NCBI GenBank assembly: GCA_014905635.1
Contig: JABVCE010000009.1
Location: 992,001-1,056,000, forward strand
Origin: Scenedesmus sp. PABB004
Taxonomy: Eukaryota
DNA: 64,000 nt
Direction: 5' to 3'
Part shown: positions 22,619 through 34,287 of the stretch, piece by piece
How the letters are laid out: every line of letters begins with the position of its first letter
Position numbering within the stretch: the first letter of the stretch is position 1
Notes under the pieces: generated by a model
What the model saw: the letters and a program-made list of their open reading frames with translations, nothing else
What the model was told of the DNA's origin: nothing
The model's database searches: none
Translations under genes and position numbers: made by a program

Positions 22619-23759
22619 ATGCTGCCGCTGCTGCGGTCGCTGCTGCGCGCCGCGATGCTGGGGCCCGGCGCGCCGCACCCGCGCCCCTGGCCTGCCTGCA
22701 TGAGCAGGCGGCGCGCGCACGCGATGGGCGCGGCCGCGGCGGGCGGGCGGCGGCGGCGGCGCGGCAGCGCGGGCGACGGCCCGGCGCTAGCGGCGGCGGT
22801 GGCGTCGCAGCAGCAGGGCGGCGCGCTGCCGCCGGCGCCGGAGGCGCCGCCGGGGCCGGGGCCGCGGCGGCGACGGCGGAGCCACGGCAGCGACAGCAGC
22901 AGCGGCGGCGACGACAGCGGCAGCGACAGCGGCGGCGGCGGCGGCAGCATCAGCGACGCGTGGCGTGAGCAGGCCGCGGTCGCGGCGGCGGCCGCCCGCC
23001 TGTCGCGCTTCCTGGACTTCCGGGAGCGCGCCGCGAGCGAGGTGTCAGCCAAGCTGGCGGCGCTCGGCTACGACCGCCAGCTCGCCGCGCGCGTGCTGGC
23101 CTCGCTGCAAGACGCGGGGCTGCAGAGCGACGCACGGTTTGCTGAGATGTTTGTTCGTTCCTACTGGCGAAGCAAGGCGCAGAGCCCCGCACGCCTGGCC
23201 TACGTGCGTGCCGGGGGGCGCGCGCGCGTGCCGCGCGGCGCCGCCAGCGCGCGCGCCGCTCGCCGCGCCCGCCGCCGACGTGCACGGCGCGGCGCCCCCG
23301 CGCGCAGGAGTTGCGCGCGCGGCAGGTGGCACAGCCGCACATCGACGCCGCGCTCGCTGCCGTCTTTGGCGAGGCGCGGCAGCTGCCGGCGCGCGAGGCG
23401 TCGAGCGAGCAGGAGGAGGGTGCGCCTGCCGCGCCGCGCCGCGGGCGGTCGGTGGTCGGCGCAGGCCGCTCGCGGCTCACGCGCGGCCCGCGCGCCTTCA
23501 CGTGCATGCACTCGCGCAGAGGCGTGGGTGCACCTCGTGGAGGTCTGCCGGCAGCGCGCCGAGCACACGCGCGGCGAGCCGGCCCAGAAGCGTCGGTGCG
23601 CGGCGGCGGCGCGGCGCGGCACGGCGCGGCACGGCGCGGCGCGGCGCGGCACCCACGCCGCTCGCCGCCCGGCGCAGGGCCAAGCTGGCGGCGTGGCTGC
23701 AGCGCCGCGGGCACGGCATGTCCACCATTTTCCGCGTGTTCGCCGAGGTCGGCGTGTGA
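22619..23759 (+). CDS. recX: RecX family regulator with organellar-targeting N-terminus (4 exons)
   Basis: LSRFLDFRERAASEVSAKL..GY..VLASLQDAGLQSDARFAEMFVRS..SPARLAY|ELRARQV..|AKLAAWLQRRGH matches the RecX helical repeats; MLPLLRSLLRAAML.. looks like a presequence. Confidence 0.85.
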
Positions 23760-24071
23760 CGTGTTGTGAAGCTGGCGCGCTCTGCTGTCATGGCGCAGTC
23801 GCGCAGTCGCGGCAGCCAGCCGGACGGTTGCCCCCACGGTTTTTGCGACTGCGCTGGATGCGGTCTTGTGACTCGCTGCCCGACCCCGCCGCGAGAGGGC
23901 CACGTCTCCTCTGCGCCGCCACCGCGCGCCCAGCTGTCGGCGTCGCGGTCCGCGCGCCGCCCCGTTCGGCGGCTGCCAGGCCAGCTCGCAGCACCGTCTG
24001 GATATCGTCCTGGGCCTGGGGCCGGGCGCCTGAGGCCAGCGGCGCGCGCGCGTGGCCGCGGGGGCGCTGCG

Positions 24072-26689
24072 ATGGACGAAGCGGCGCCAGCGCCGGCCGT
24101 GCGGCCCGTGGAGGAGGTGCTGCCGTCCCCGCAGCTGCTGGAGCACTACCGCAGCCGCATCGGTGCGACCGCATGGCGACCTGCGGTGCACGGGGCCCGC
24201 GCGCGCCGCGCCGCGCCGCCGAGCGCCGGCGCTGCTCGCGCGCGCAGACGAGTTTGAACGGGAGCGCTCAGACCTCCTCTCGGCCGTGGAGCGCTGCGCG
24301 GTGCAGCATGACGAGGTGCACCGCCTGGAGTGGGAGAATCGCAAGCGCGCGGACGAGATCCGCGAGCTGCAAAAGGCGCGGCGGCGGCGCGCGCGCGCGG
24401 CGCGGCGCTCGCTGGCCGCCGCCGCCGACCGCGCCCGCCGCGCCCGCCGCAGGCGCTGAGCGACGCGCAGCAGTTTCTGTTCGAGGAGCGCCAGCGCCTG
24501 CTCGCGCTGACGGCCGAGAACGACGAGCTCAAGCTGCAGGAGGTGCAGGACCGGCAGCGCATCCAGGCGCTGCTGTCGATGACGCAGCCGCTCGAGCAGG
24601 CCATCACCTTCCCGCCCGGCGGCGGCCCGCCGACCGCGGTCACGGCGCTGCCGCGCGCCGGCGGCGGCAAGGCCAGGGCCGGCGAGCGCGTGCTGCGCAC
24701 CGTGTTCCTGCCCGCCGCCGACCCAGAGTTCCTGGTGATGAAGGTCGAGTCCCTGCAGGCGCAGCTCGACGAGCAGGTGCGGCGCGGCCAGGGCGCGGGC
24801 GGGGGCTGCGCGCGGCGCCGGCCGAGCGCGGCGCGGCGCGGGGCCGCCGCGCGCGCTGACCCGCGCACTGACCCGCGCCCGCGCCGCCCCCGCGCCGCCA
24901 CGCCCCGCAGCGCCAGCTGCACGAGGAGCGCGTGGCGGCGCTGCTCAACGACCGGCAGCTGCGCGCACAGGAGGAGGAGCGCCAGCACGCCAACATGGCC
25001 GTCCAGGTGCGCGGCGGTGGCGGCGCCTGCGGTGGTGCCGCACTGTGCTGGCGCGGGCTGGTGCCGACGGCCGGGACGGACACGCCGCGGCCCCGCAGGT
25101 CGAGGCGCTCGCCAGGCAGGTGACGCAGCTGGAGGAGACGCTGCGCACCACGACGCGCGAGTACATCCTGGGTGCGGCGGCAGGGAGGGGAGGGGGCTTG
25201 GCTCGTGGGCTTGCTCGGCCCGTCTGCGGCGCGTGCGCCGGCGCCGGCACGCGCGCCGACCGACCTCGGCCGCGCTGCGCCCCGCCGCCCCGCGCTGTGC
25301 ACCGCCGCCGCCCCGCGCGCAGCGCGGCGCGAGAAGCAGGAGGCGCAGGCCGCCGCCGCCGCCGCGGCGGCGCAGATGGCGGCCGAGGTCGGCGCGGCGC
25401 GCGGCGAGCTCGCGGCGGCGCGGCGCGCGGCGCGCGCGCAGGTGGAGCGCGCGGCTTCGAGCGCGGACGGCAAGATGCGAGAGTATGTGGAGCGCTTCAG
25501 GGAGCAGGCGCGGCGCCGCGGCCTGCTCGCCCGGCGGCGCCGCGCGTCGCGGCCGCCGCGGCCGCCAGCTCACGGGCGCGGCCGCGGCGGCCTGCCGCGG
25601 CGCCGCAGGTGCGGTCCCGCGACGAGGAGCTGCTGACGCTCGGCAGCGTGCACGCGAGCAGCAAGGAGGCGGCTGAGCGGCGCATCGCCGAGCTGGAGGG
25701 CCGCGTCGGCCGGCTGCTGGAAGCCAACAGGCGCGGCGCGGCGGCGGGCGATGGGGAGGGAGGTGGGGGAGGGCGGCACGGCCGCAGCCCGCACCCTGAG
25801 CCGCGCCGCCGGCCGCCGCGCCGCCGCGCAGGCAGCTGGAGCTGCGGCGGCAGCTCGACGCCGACGGCTGGGCGGCGGACGTGACGCGGCTGCGGCAGAG
25901 CCTCGCGGTGGTGGACCGCAAGCTGCTGCAGATGCGGCTCATCGATCGGTGGGCCCCTTTGAAGGGGGAATGGGGGCGGGGGGCTTGTGGGGGCTTGCGC
26001 GCCAGGGCGCCCAGCGCCTGCTTGCCGCGCGCGCTGCGGGCGTGCCGCCCACGCCCGCGCCGCGGCGCCCGGCCAGGCTGGACGACGACGAGCGCCTGGA
26101 CGCGCTGCTGGACCAGCTGGAGCGCAAGACGCCGGGGCTCAAGCCCCAGCAGCCCCAGCAGCCGCCCGCGGGCGGCGGCGCGCGGGCGAGGAGCGCTGGC
26201 GCGCGGCCGGGGCGCCCGCGCGCGCGGCGCGCGGCCGGCGCCGGCGCGGCCGCCAGGCGCGGCGGCAGGGCGGCGCCGGCCGGCCGGCGGCCGCGCGGGA
26301 CCAGCAGGCGTGGCCCGTGCGCGCGGGCGGCAGCGTCGCGTCGGAGCAGCCGCCCGACAGCGCCGGCGACGACGACAGCAGCCTTTATGCCGCCGGCGGC
26401 GATGACGACACCAGCTGCGCCTCGGCGCCTGGCAGCGTCAAGTCGGGGCTGGCGGCGGAGCTGCGCGCGGTGCGGCAGCAGCTGGAGGAGCTGGAGGTGA
26501 GGGCCCGGCAGGGGCGGGAGGGGGCTCGCGGCCGCGGCCCGCGCCGCACGGCTCGCCGACCGCCGGCCGCCGCGGCCGCCGCAGGAGCGCGCCGACGCCA
26601 AGGCGCGCCGCGCGCTGGTGGGCCTGCCGGGCGGCAGCAACAGCGGCGGCGGCAGGGCGACGGGGCTGCGACGGCTGCTGCCGGCGTGA
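24072..26689 (+). CDS. CCDC77: Coiled-coil domain-containing protein 77 (centriolar), multi-exon
   Basis: LPSPQLLEHYRSRI|DEFERE..HRLEWENRKRADEIRELQK|ALSDAQQFLFEERQRLLALTAENDELKLQEVQDRQRIQALL and LELRRQLDADGWAADVTRLRQ match CCDC77 conserved blocks; TGA at 26687-26689. Confidence 0.85.
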
Positions 26690-26699
26690 GCGGCGGCGG

Positions 26700-26704
26700 T
26701 GTAA
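26700..26704 (+). terminator. TGTAA poly(A) signal of CCDC77
   Basis: TGTAA about 10 nt after the stop codon. Confidence 0.6.
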
Positions 26705-26733
26705 GCGAGTGATGCTCGAGCAGCCGCGAGCGG

Positions 26734-26738
26734 TTACA
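26734..26738 (-). terminator. TGTAA poly(A) signal of the RS-rich gene
   Basis: TTACA on + (TGTAA on -) about 65 nt after the TAG at 26804. Confidence 0.6.
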
Positions 26739-26803
26739 GTGCGCCGCCTGCCGCCAGAGCCGCTCCCGCCTGCAGGGCCGCTCCCTCCAGCTGGGCCCCT
26801 GCG

Positions 26804-27356
26804 CTACATGGCGACGAAGCGCTGGACCCCCAGGCCGCCGTGCTGCTGCTGCAGCTGCTGCTGCTGAAGCTGCTGCTGCTGCAGCTGCTGCTGGTGAAGC
26901 TGCGCCCCCGACACCATCGGCCGTGGTGACGGCGCGCCGAGCCCTGGCTGCAGGTGCATCGGCCCGCCGTGCGGGCCCGGGCCGGGCGCGCCGAATGCGC
27001 CGGGAGGCGGCCCAAAGCCTGGGGGCGGCCCTGGCCTCGGGGCCATGCCCATCGGCGGCGGGCCGCCAAACTGCTGTTGCGGCGGCGGCATCTGCCAGGG
27101 CTGCCCCAGCGGCGCGGCGCCCGGCGGCGCCCCCGCTGCCAGGGCGGCGGCTGCTGGGCCGGCGGCCCCTGCTGCTGCCAGGGCGGCTGGGCCTGCTGCT
27201 GCTGGGGCGGCGCCCACATGCCGGGCGGCGGCTGGCCGATCGGCGCCCTGAACTGCTGCTGCGCCGCGAACGGCGCCATGCTCGGCGGAGCATGGCTGGC
27301 GGCCATGGGCAGCCCCGCTGCAGAGATGCCGTAGGGCGCCGACGGGGGCGGCGCCA

Positions 27357-27395
<39 letters not shown>

Positions 27396-28949
27396 TCACC
27401 ATGGGCGGCGGTGGCGGCGGCGGTGGCGGTGGCGGCGGCGGCGCGACGGCCTGCCCGTCCGCGCCGCCGTCCGCCGCCGCCGCCGAAGCGGCCGCCGACG
27501 ACGCGGCCGCCTCCGCCGCGGCGTCGCACGGGTCGTACGCGCCGCCGCCGTCGGCGGGCGCCTCCGGCGGCACGCCCTCCGCCTCCTCCGCCTCGCGCGG
27601 CGGCGCCGCGGCCATCTTGGCGGCGGGGCGCAGCGGCGTGCGGCGCTGCGCGATGGTGCCCTTGCGGATGACCATGAAGCCGCTGCCAGGCTTCTTCTGC
27701 AAGCCCTCCGCCGCCTGGGCCGTGGCGCCCGGGCCCCCCGCACCCTCCGGCGCGGCTGCCGCCGCGCCGCCGCTGTCCGCCGCAATCGCGCCCTGCTCGA
27801 CGAGCGGCTGCCGCGTGGGGCCCTGCGGTGGGCGGCGGCACCGCGGCGCGTCAGCGGCGGCGCGTCGGCGGCAGCACCGACGGCGGCGCCGGCGGCGGGC
27901 GGCCGCGGCCGCGCACCGTGTAGTCTGGCGGCGGCTTGAAGCCGGCGTCCGCCTCGACCAGCGCGCGCAGCAGCGCCTGCTTCGCCTCCAGCGCCTCCAC
28001 CTTGGCTGTGATGATGGTGTCGGCGTCGTACGACCCCTCCGCAGCGGCGGCCGCCGCCGCGAGCGCCGCGGCCGTCGCGCCCGCGCCGAGGCCCGCCGCC
28101 GCCGCGCCGCGCCAGGCGACCAGCTTGGCGTCGCTGGTCAGCGCGTCCTGCAGGTTGGCGAACGCGGCGCGCAGCTCCGCCAGCTGGCGGCCGGGCGCGC
28201 AGCGGCGGTGGGGAGGCGTGCGGGAGTGACGAGGTGCGCGGCGGTGAGGAGGCGCGCAGCGCAGCGGGCGCGCGCCCCAGCCTGGCCGGGCCACGCCGGC
28301 CGGGCCGCCCGACCCACCTTGTCCTCCTCCCCACTCAGCGCCGGGCCTGCAGCGGCGCCGTCACCGGGCGCCGCGGCCTCCTCCTCGTCCGCCTGCAGCT
28401 TCAGGCGCAGCAGCTCCTGGTGTCGGGCGCGCAGCAGCAGCAGCAGAAACAGCAGCAGCGGAGGAGGTCGGACGCCGCCGCCCGCCGCCGCCGCCGAGGC
28501 CGCGGCCGCCGCCAGCCCGCCGCCCCGCAACGCCGCACCTCGAGCCGGCGCTGCTTCTCCGTCCGCGCCGCCGCGCCGATGCGCAGCTCGGGCGGCATCA
28601 CATCCACCGCCTCGCGCGCCGCCTGCTGCTGCCGCATGGCCGCCTCCACGCCGCCGGCCACGAGCGCCGCCGCGGCGAGCGCGCCGTGCACAGGCACGTT
28701 GCCGACGGCGACCGCGAGCGGCGCGTCGCGCCGGCTGGCCTCCGGCACGAGCGGGGCGGCATACGGCGCCGGTGCGGCGCCGCCGGGCGCGGTGTAGGGC
28801 GCGGGCGCGGCGCCGCCGGGCGCGGTGAAGGGCGAGGGCGCCGTCGACACCGCGGCGAGGCCCAGCGACGCGCCCTGGCTGATCCTGGCGCGCGCGCGGC
28901 ACGGCGCGGCGGCGGCGGCGGCGCGGCGGCGGCGGCGGGGCGGCGGCGG

Positions 28950-28993
<44 letters not shown>

Positions 28994-30532
28994 GTGAGCG
29001 GCGCCGCCGGCGAGGGCGGGGCGTGCCCGCCGCGGCGCGCGGGCGCGTGGCGGCGCCTGCTGCTGCGCATGCGCCCGGTGCAGCGCGTGGCACGCACTTC
29101 TGGGAGAAGAGCGCCGCCTCCTCTGCCGTCACAGCGCCCGCGACCGCCGCCGCGCTCAGCGCCGCCGCAGCCATCGGGCCGAGCAGCGGCCTGTCGAGCA
29201 GCTGCGCCCCAATGTGCCGCCGGTCTGCCGCGGCCGCCGCCAGCAGCGCCGCCTGCAGCGCCGCCTGCAGCGACGCGCCCTCGCCGCCGCCGGGCGCAGC
29301 GGGCTGCGGCGGCGCGCGGAGAGGGCCGGCGCCGGCGCCGCCGGGCGCCGCCGCGAGCAGCGCCGCCCGCAGCGCTTCGACGCCGTGCCTGCCCGGCGCC
29401 GCCGCCGCGGCTGCCGCGGCCGCTGCGGCCTCTGCCACAGCTGCAGCAAGGGCGGCCGCGCCGCCGGGTGCCGCCCCGGCCGCCACCGCTGCGTCCGCCG
29501 TCTGCGCCCCCGCGCCGTGGCTGGCGGGCTTGCCCCCGCCACCCGCGCCCGCGTCGGACTTGCCAGGGCTGCCCTCCCCGCGGCGGCGGGGTGCGCGTGA
29601 CCGCCTTCCGCGCTGCGCGTGCGCTCCCCGCTGCGCGCGCGCTCCCGGCTCCGCGAGCGCTCGCCGATGCGCGCGCGCTCCCGTCTGCGGCCGCGCTTGT
29701 CGGGGCTGGCGCTGCGCCTGCGGCCCCTGCTGCCGCCGATGGCGGCGGCGCCGTTGCGCCGCTCGCGGCTCCTGCTCCGCCCCCGCTGCCCGCGCTCCCG
29801 GCTGCTGCTGCGGGGCCGCCTGGCTGGTGACCGGCTGCGCCGTCGCCGCTCTCGGCTGTCGCTGCGCGCGCCGCGCAGGCCGGGGCTGCCGCCGCGCGGC
29901 GGCCTGCCCCGTTCCCGGCTGCGCGACCGCGCCCGGGGCGGAGCCCGCAGACCCGGGCTGGCGCGCCGGGGGCCGCGCCCGGGGCTCATGCGCCGCGCAC
30001 CCCGCAGGCCGGGGCTGCCGCTGCCGCCGCCGCCGCCGCCGCCCCGCCGCGCGGCCCTGCTGCGGCTGCGGCTGCGGCTGCGGCTCGTGCGCGGCCTGCG
30101 GCGGCTGCGGCTGCGCTCGCGGCTGCGCTCGCGCTCGCGGCTGCGGCTGCGCTTGTCGCCGGCCCGCTTGTCGCTCTTGTCGCCGCCGTTCTCATCCTCA
30201 CCGTGCGCCTCCCCGCCAGCCTGCTTCACTTTCTCGCGCTTGCTGCGCTTGCTCTTGCCCTTCTTCTTCTTTTTCTTGCTGCGCTTCGGCGCTGCGTCGC
30301 CGGGCGCTGCCCCCTCCTCCACCGCCGCCTGCTCGTCGCCCTCGCCGCCCTCGCCGCCGTCGCCGCCGGAGGCGGCGGACAGCGGCGGCGATCCGGCCGG
30401 GCTCGCGTCGCCGCCGGCGTCCGGCTGCTGCTCGTCAGCCGACGGGCTGCCCTGTAGCTGCTCACCGTCGTCGGGCGCCGCCGCGCCGCCGTTTTGGGCG
30501 GGGCTGCTGCCCGCCGCGGCCGGCGAGTCCAT
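26804..30532 (-). CDS. RS-rich protein with an SF1/BBP helix-hairpin-like motif and Pro/Gln-rich tail; two apparent 1-nt frameshifts
   Basis: MDSPAAAGSSPAQNGG..KRSKKKKKKGKSKRSK, long RSRSR tracts, RTEKQRRLE|ARHQELL, KVEALEAKQALLRALVEADAGFKPPPDY (SF1 has FKPPADY), and a PPGMWAPP/GPPPGFGPPPG tail. Confidence 0.6.
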
Positions 30533-30979
30533 CACGCTGCTGCCGCCGCTGCTGCCGGCTGGTGCCCGGCCACCCGGCCGCGCGGCACGGACAGCCGCCG
30601 TCCACACACGCCCTGGAGCGCTGTCAGCCGCGGTGGCCGCCCATGTTTGCCCGGTCGTGGCAGGCCCAGTGCTGTTTCGCCCGCTCAGCCCGCACAGACC
30701 GTGGCCCTCGCCCGTCCGGTGTGTGTGCGCCCCGGCATGCCGCGGCTGGGGAGCAGGCGGGATCGGCAAGCCGAGCGGCGGGCTTTTGTCACGCGCCGCA
30801 CCGCTGCCCGAGCGCTCCGCCGCCGCTCATTCGCGGGCCAGGCGCCGACCGACGCCCAGCCGTGTGTCCTGCCCACACGCCACGATCGCCGCCGCTCTGC
30901 CGTGAGGGCCGCCCGCGCCGCAGCGAGCGCGCCGCGGAGCAGCGCGCGGGCGGCGGCCTCCCAGCGGCATGCTGCCGCC

Positions 30980-31327
30980 ATGGGCGACTGGGACTTCCTT
31001 GACGACGCCCCACCGCGCGCCGGCGGCCGGGCGCCACGGCGGCAGCGGTGCGCCGCGGTCGCCGCGCATCGCAGCGCCGCGTGCTGCGCGGCCTCACCCC
31101 CGCCGCACCTGCGCGTGCCGCAGTCCCCAGCAGCAGCAGCATGTGCAGCAGCCGGCGGCGGCGCCGCCAGGCGGCGCCGCCGGCGGCGACCAGGGGACGG
31201 CAGCTGCGGCGGCAGCAGCGGGCGCGCGGCCGCGCATCGCCCTCCCAAGCCTGCGCCAGGTTGAGGCCGCGCAGCGCAGCTCGGCGACCCTCAACGCCTT
31301 CACCCCGGGCCTGCTGACCCGGGTCGC

Positions 31328-31358
<31 letters not shown>

Positions 31359-32971
31359 GCGGCGGCAGCGGCGCAGCAGCAGGCGCAGGCGGCGGCGGCT
31401 GCGCGCGCGGCGCAGCAGCAGGCTGCGGCCGCCGCCGCCGCCTCGGCAGCAGTCGCGGGCGCGGCCATCAGCAACGCCGCCAGTGCGGCGGCCTTTGGCG
31501 CCGCGCCGCCGCTGGGCGTCGCGCTGCAGCTGCCGCGCTTCGGCCAGGGCGCGGCGCCGCACGCGCCGCCCGCGCCGCGCGCGCCGGCGCCGGCGCCGGC
31601 GCCGCCACCGCACGGCGCCGCCGCGCCCGGCGGCCAGGGCGTGCCGCCGTCCAACGCGGTCCTCGTCAGCGCGCGGCAGCAGGGCAACCCTGTGCTCAAG
31701 GCGCTGCGCGGCGTGCGCTGGGCGTTTGCCGACATCGTGCCCGACTTTCAGTGCGGACCCGGCACGGGGGTCATCTTCCTCAGCCTGCGGTGCGCGGCGC
31801 CTCGCAGTGCCGGGCGCGGCAGGGGCGCCGCGGTGGGCGCAGCCGCGCGCCCGCGCTGCCCGCGCCGCCGCCGAGGCGGCCGCCGAGGCGGCCGCCGCCA
31901 CCGCCGCCGCGCCCCTCGGCGCCGCCTTGGCCGGCCGCGGGGCTGCCACAGGTACCACCTGCTGCAGCCGGAGTACGTGCTGCACCGCCTGCGCGCCGTG
32001 CAGCGGGGCTTCCGCCTCGCGGTGCTGCTGCTGCTGGTGGACACCGAGGAGGTGGTCAAGCCCCTCGCGGAGCTGCACCGCGCCGCGCTCGGCGCAGACG
32101 CGGCGCTCATATGCGCGTGGAGCAACGAGGCGCGCCGCGCCGCGCCGACCGCGCCCGTGCCCGCCCACGCGCGCGCGTGCACAGCGCCGCCGCACGCCGC
32201 GCGTGGGCGCCACGCGCCGCCCGCGCGCTCACGGGCCGCGCGCCGCCGCTGCGCCGCCGCCGCGGCGCCTGTCAGGAGTGTGCGCGGTACATTGAGACGC
32301 TGAAGGCCTACGAGGGCCGCCCCGCTGGCGGCATCATGGAGCGCACCGACCCGGACTACCTGGGCCGGCTGTCCGGCGCGCTCGGCTGCGTGCGCGGCGT
32401 GAACCGCGCCGACGCGGCGATGCTGGCGAGCCGCTTCGGCAGCCTGGCCGAGATTCTGACCGCCGAGGTGGAGCAGCTGACCGCGTGCCCCGGGCTGGGG
32501 CCAGTCAAGGCGCGGCGCCTGCTCGAGGCGTTCCGACAGCCCTTCAAGCGCAGCCTCGCGGCGCCGGGCGGCAGCCAGCAGCAGCCCGGCGGCAGCCAGC
32601 AGCAGGCCGGCGGCAGTCAGCAGCAGCCGCAGCAGCAGCCCCAGCAGCAGGCGCAGGAGCAGCAGGGGGGCGGAGGCGCGGCGCCTGCAGCGGTCCTGCA
32701 GGGCGAGCCGCTCGACGGCGACGTCGGTGACGGCGGCGCGGAGGGCAGCGAGGAGGACTGGGAGGGCGACGGCGGAGACGGCGAGGGCTGGCAGGCTGAC
32801 GGCGACGACGAGGGCTGGGAGGCCGACAAGGGCGACGCGGCGGCGGCCAGCGGTGCGGCGGGCGGCGCGGCGGGCGAGGCCGAGCTGCTGCCGCCGCTGC
32901 GTGGCGGCGGGATGGTGGAGGAGGCTGACCTTGACTTTGACATTGACGACGAGTTGCTCGAGGCGTTTTGA
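30980..32971 (+). CDS. ERCC1: DNA excision repair protein ERCC1 (4 exons)
   Basis: NAVLVSARQQGNPVLKALRGVRWAFADIVPDF..FLSLR|YHLLQPEY..LLVD..CAWSNE|ECARYIETLKAYE, then HhH2 region VRGVNRADA..FGSLAEI..CPGLGPVKARRL. Confidence 0.96.
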
Positions 32972-33079
32972 TTGGTGTGCTTGGTGTTGCTGCTGCTGGT
33001 TCTCGAGGACGACAGCCGTGGCGCTCCACGACTGCTCAGCACGCGGCGCGGCGTGCCGCAACCGCCGCAGTTACTGGCA

Positions 33080-33084
33080 TGTAA
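33080..33084 (+). terminator. TGTAA poly(A) signal of ERCC1
   Basis: TGTAA about 110 nt after the ERCC1 stop and about 36 nt from the convergent channel stop. Confidence 0.6.
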
Positions 33085-33120
33085 CCGCGCCGCCGCCGGG
33101 ACGGGCCGGGCGCCGGCACG

Positions 33121-34256
33121 TCACTCGTCCGCCACGCCCCCCCACTTGGCGCCGCCGTGGCGGCTGGCCTCGGCCAGCGCGCGCGGCAGGGGGTCGGCGA
33201 GCGGGTCGAACGTGGCGGCGTCCGCCCAGAGGCCCTCCAGCTCTGGCAGCTCTTCGAGCACGGCCGCGTAGCGCGCGCCCAGGTCGCGCAGCGTCGCCGC
33301 GGCGCCCTCGTACTCCCGCAGCAGCTCTGCAAACGCGGCGGCGTCGAGCACGAGCAGGCTGCAGTTGCTGAGCGCGCGCACGGTGAAGAGCGTCGGCCAG
33401 TACGCGCCGCTGAAGCCGCTGCGCCGCCACAGCGCGCGCAGGCGCGGCGGCAGGTCGTCCAGGGCCGGCACCGCCAGCAGCGCCTGCGCGCACAGGGCGG
33501 GGCGGAGCGCGGTGAGCGCTGAGCCGGGCGCGGCGCTCGCTGCGCGCGGCGCCCGCTGAGCGCCGGGCGCCGCACCGCCTCGCCGACCGTGTCGCCCGCG
33601 ACCAGGGTGTCGAGCAGCGTGTCGCCGGCGTAGACGTCGGCGTAGCCGTGCTGCAGGAACACCAGCGCCTGCTGCGGCGTGCCCGGCAGCGCGAGCAGCG
33701 TGCCTGCGCCGGCACGCACGGGCGGGGGTGAGGCCGGCCGGCCGGCCGGTGCCCGCCTGCCCGCCTGCCATGCGCGCGCGCGCGTCACGCACGCAGCACG
33801 CGCAGCGCGCACCCTCGGGTGCGACCTGGTCCGCCACCAGCAGCGCCGCGCGCTGCAGGAGCTGCGGATAGTCTCGCAGCACCGCGCAGCCGCGCAGCGC
33901 CGCGCCGCCGGTCGCGAGCGCAACCTGGAGCTTCAGCCCGGGCGCCAGGTCGGACAGGCCGCCGCCGGCGGCCATGTTGTCCTTTTTGTAACGCAGCTGG
34001 TAATACTTGACGACGCGCTCCTCCAACGAGGTCGGCAGCCGCCGCGCGACCAGCTCGCGCCGCACCTGCGCGGCGGCGCGCGCGGGGGCTCGGCGCCGCG
34101 GCGCCGCCGTGCGACAGCGCGCGCGCTAGGCGCTGGCGTCTTGCGCGGTGTGCGCGCCTGCGTCAGCTTGGCTTTGTATCTAGCCTTGCCCGCTAGGCTT
34201 TCGAGCACGGCCGAAAGAATAAAGCCATTCACGATCGCCCAGCCCCTGCGACCCCC

Positions 34257-34287
<31 letters not shown>

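Noticed and set aside
31015..31122. Possible GC donor (CC|GCGCGC) for ERCC1 intron 1
   Set aside because: A GT donor near 31049 gives the same phase and the GC site lacks exonic AG, so it was not counted.
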